A stretch of DNA of 61,934 nt, counting the filler. It is 3 parts of 3 records of this genome, joined end to end, with 100 filler letters (N's around TTAATTAATTAA, not from the genome) between each part and the next. Parts side by side here need not be neighbours in the genome. Positions count along the whole stretch, not along the records: positions 41,715 to 61,934 come from SRR22947725_8642; 2 more parts are not named here. One strand, given 5' to 3'. The notes below the pieces were generated by a model that was not told where the DNA came from, did not search any database, and worked only from the letters and a program-made list of their open reading frames with translations. How positions within the stretch are numbered: the first letter of the stretch is position 1; every line of letters starts with the position of its first letter. Of the stretch, positions 59,318 to 61,934 are shown in pieces. A program made the position numbers and the translations under genes.

Positions 59318-60496
59318 ATGGCGCGATATGATTTTGTCATTGCTGGCGCCGGCCTCGTTGGACTCTCGGCGGCCCTGGCGTTAACGCGCCAAGGGTTAAA
59401 GGGTCTCATTTTTGATCATGGCTTAGCGCCGAGTGCCGCCAGTGGCGCAACCCAGGTCCTTGGGCTTGATCGATCCCCCAGGGTGAGCGCCATCAATCCC
59501 GCCTCGGTTAAATTCCTCACGCAATTGGGGGTCGCCCCGGCGTTTTTTGATCAAGCGGGTTGTTCTGTTTCGGGCATGACGGTTTGGGACGGTGATGGCA
59601 GCGGCGAACTGTCATTGCCGTCCGCGGGTTATATCATTGAAAATCATCGGTTGCTGAACGCATTATTCAACGCGCTTGGCCAACCATCGATTGCCGAGGC
59701 GCTGACCCAACAGTTTGAAGTTGGCATTGTTGATCTTCAGCAGGATGACGAAACGGTGTCGATCACGCTGACGACCGGCGAGACAATCCAAAGCGGGCTT
59801 TTAATTGGCGCGGACGGCAGTGCCTCGCGCACCCGAGACTTGCTGGGCATTCAAAGCGTTGCCTGGCGCTATGATCAAACGGCATTGGTGTGCGTTTCGG
59901 AAACGGCTTTGCCGCATCAAGGGATTGCGCGGCAAAGTTTTACGCCAGAGGGGCCATTGGCCTTTTTACCGTTACCGGAGCCGAATCATAGCGTGCTCGT
60001 TTGGTCGTCGACCCAGGCGCAAGCGCAGTTGCATTGCAGTGAAAAAGAATTTGCGGCAATGGTCTCAGTGCATAGTGCGCGCCCTTTAGGGCCCGTGACC
60101 GCGATCGGCGCGCGCGCCGTGTTTCCGCTTCAACAGCAGCACGCGATCCGCTATGCAAAAGGCCGGTCGGTCTTAGTGGGGGACGCCGCCCACAGCATTC
60201 ATCCGTTGGCCGGGCAGGGATTAAATTTAGGATTTGCAGACGTCGTTAGCCTGTCACAAGCCATCGAGAACCTAAGGCTCGATCAAAGACAGTCATTGAG
60301 CGAGGCGCTGAGGCGCTATGAGGCGCAGCGTCGCCCTGTCAATTTAAGAATGACCGCCGCGACGGATCTGCTCAAACGCGTGTTTGATCCCCCAAGTCCT
60401 TTATTGAGACTGGCGCGAAGCACGGGCATGCGATGGTTGCAGAACCAGACCCGCCTGAAACAAGCGCTCAGCTTGGCGGCAGCAGGCCATCTGTAA
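59318..60496 (+). CDS. UbiH/UbiI/VisC family FAD-dependent ubiquinone biosynthesis hydroxylase
   Basis: GAGLVG, RVSAI, GADG..S..R, GPLAFLP, GDAAHSIHPLAGQGLNLG. Confidence 0.9.
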   Translation: MARYDFVIAGAGLVGLSAALALTRQGLKGLIFDHGLAPSAASGATQVLGLDRSPRVSAINPASVKFLTQLGVAPAFFDQAGCSVSGMTVWDGDGSGELSLPSAGYIIENHRLLNALFNALGQPSIAEALTQQFEVGIVDLQQDDETVSITLTTGETIQSGLLIGADGSASRTRDLLGIQSVAWRYDQTALVCVSETALPHQGIARQSFTPEGPLAFLPLPEPNHSVLVWSSTQAQAQLHCSEKEFAAMVSVHSARPLGPVTAIGARAVFPLQQQHAIRYAKGRSVLVGDAAHSIHPLAGQGLNLGFADVVSLSQAIENLRLDQRQSLSEALRRYEAQRRPVNLRMTAATDLLKRVFDPPSPLLRLARSTGMRWLQNQTRLKQALSLAAAGHL

Positions 60497-60595
60497 TTAA
60501 TGCCGACATGAAGAAAATTCCTAGTGAAGCTGATTTAGTTTCGGCGTGAGCGCGATCGAAACTGGTTACAATAAAGTCTCTGCGAAGGACGGCTC

Positions 60596-61681
60596 ATGCT
60601 AAAGAAAACGTGTCTCAATTCATGCCACATTGATGCGGGCGGGAAAATGGTGGATTTTGGGGGTTGGGAAATGCCCATTCACTATGGCTCTCAGTTGGAT
60701 GAGCATCAATGGGTCCGCGAGTCTGCAGGCATGTTTGATGTCTCCCACATGACGGTCATTGATATTCTTGGCTCGGAGGCCAAGGCATTTCTTCGAAAAT
60801 TGTTGGCCAATGATGTTGATCGATTGAAGGCTTCGGGCCAGGCTCTGTATAGTGCCATGCTGAATCATAAGGGCGGGGTCTTGGATGATTTGATCGTCTA
60901 TCGATTGAATGAAGGGTACCGCCTGGTTGTGAATTGCGCCACGCGCGAAAAAGATCTGGCCTGGATCAGGGCGTGTGCAGAAGCCTTTGAGGTGGTTGTC
61001 GTAACGCCCGCGCAGTTGTCGATTCTTGCCGTGCAAGGCCCGAAAGCGCTCAGCATCTTGCAGTCTGTCCTTGATCCAGCACAAGCGCGTTTGCTCAGCG
61101 AATTGGCCGTGTTCGAAAGTGGCTTCGCGGGCGATTGGTTTTTTGCCCGCACGGGGTATACCGGCGAGCAGGGCGCCGAAATTATTCTACCCAACGCCGG
61201 CGCTGAAGCACTTTGGCAGGCTCTGTTAGCCGGCGGCGTTCACCCCATTGGCCTGGGTGCGCGGGACACCTTGCGGCTCGAAGCGGGCATGAACCTATAT
61301 GGCAGCGATATGGATGAAGGGGTGTCCCCGCTTGCCTGTAACATGGCCTGGACGGTGGTTCACAATGACCGTGGTTTCATTGGGGAAGGCGCTGTGCAAG
61401 CTGCGCGAGCCGCGCGCGTTCAGCCGCGTTTGATTGGGGTGATCTTAAAAGAGCGGGGCGTGCTCCGGGCGCATTACCCGGTTTATAGCGGGGCCGCATG
61501 TGTTGGGGAGCTGACCAGTGGGGCCTTCTCGCCGACCTTACAAGGCGGTATTGGATTTGCGCGAGTCAGCGCTGCCACCCAGCCGTTGTTTGTTGAAATT
61601 CGGGGAAAACGACTACCGTTAGAACCCGTCTCACTACCGTTCGTGCGGCACGGCAAGCCCGTTTACACAGTAATTTCGTAG
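60596..61681 (+). CDS. gcvT: Glycine cleavage system aminomethyltransferase T
   Basis: FGGWEMP, FDVSHM, RTGYTGE, GLGARDTLRLEAG. Confidence 0.97.
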   Translation: MLKKTCLNSCHIDAGGKMVDFGGWEMPIHYGSQLDEHQWVRESAGMFDVSHMTVIDILGSEAKAFLRKLLANDVDRLKASGQALYSAMLNHKGGVLDDLIVYRLNEGYRLVVNCATREKDLAWIRACAEAFEVVVVTPAQLSILAVQGPKALSILQSVLDPAQARLLSELAVFESGFAGDWFFARTGYTGEQGAEIILPNAGAEALWQALLAGGVHPIGLGARDTLRLEAGMNLYGSDMDEGVSPLACNMAWTVVHNDRGFIGEGAVQAARAARVQPRLIGVILKERGVLRAHYPVYSGAACVGELTSGAFSPTLQGGIGFARVSAATQPLFVEIRGKRLPLEPVSLPFVRHGKPVYTVIS

Positions 61682-61707
61682 ACATCACACAATGAGGACC
61701 ATGAACC

Positions 61708-61934
61708 ATGGCTGAAACTCGAGACAATGTTCGTTATCTGCCCTCCCATGAGTGGGCGCGATTAGAAGCCGATGGCACCGTAACGGTTGGCATCAGCGAT
61801 CACGCGCAGGATGCGTTGGGAGACGTCGTGTTTGTTGAATTACCGGAGGTAGGTCGAGCGGTTCAGGTGGGCGAAGAAGTGGCTGTCGTTGAGTCTGTCA
61901 AAGCGGCCTCTGATATTTACGCGCCGATTGCTGG
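61708..61934 (+). CDS. gcvH: Glycine cleavage system H protein (truncated by the window end)
   Basis: Manual translation: [16 protein letters not shown]...[20 protein letters not shown]...[13 protein letters not shown] (lipoyl-Lys motif). Confidence 0.95.
   Translation, partial: MAETRDNVRYLPSHEWARLEADGTVTVGISDHAQDALGDVVFVELPEVGRAVQVGEEVAVVESVKAASDIYAPIA

Noticed and set aside
60497-60595. Glycine riboswitch upstream of gcvT
   Set aside because: The spacer is only 99 bp and lacks a recognisable aptamer.
108-61229. Numerous short antisense or alternate-frame ORFs in the track
   Set aside because: They lie within well-supported genes and show no recognisable motifs; these are expected shadow ORFs.

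Overview
The window is not one continuous locus. It is three contigs joined by two identical artificial 100-nt spacers (44 N + TTAATTAATTAA + 44 N; 11612-11711 and 41615-41714). Contig 1 (1-11611) and contig 3 (41715-61934) are GC-rich by eye and look gammaproteobacterial. Contig 1 carries an FMN riboswitch-controlled type II lumazine synthase, a DksA/TraR protein, Dcp, a DUF885 lipoprotein, an MFS transporter and recQ. Contig 3 is a compact housekeeping block: yggT-proC-yggS, pilT, ruvX-yqgE-tonB-gshB, rsmE-metF-metK, tkt-pgk-fba, rpiA, def, fau-6S RNA-zapA, ygfB-ubiH/I-gcvT-gcvH. Contig 2 (11712-41614) is markedly AT-richer and has PVC-superphylum (Lentisphaera-like) gene content, so it probably comes from another organism. 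Its most interesting feature is two copies of the uncharacterised diheme PSD1 (DUF1549/DUF1553) + Tat-exported DUF1501 module. One copy heads a ~12.7-kb co-directional run, opposite an AraC regulator, that continues with a beta-propeller protein, two SDRs, a monosaccharide ABC importer and a sulfatase. The other copy precedes a polysaccharide deacetylase. Contig 2 also has a MurU-AmgK-like fusion coupled to a sodium:solute symporter, an apparently inactive SASA-type esterase, a stand-alone BLUF protein, an orphan YfiR, and REP-like palindromes in intercistronic spacers. No CRISPR array, tRNA, rRNA, transposase or integrase was seen. All family calls come from motif recognition by eye, not from database searches.
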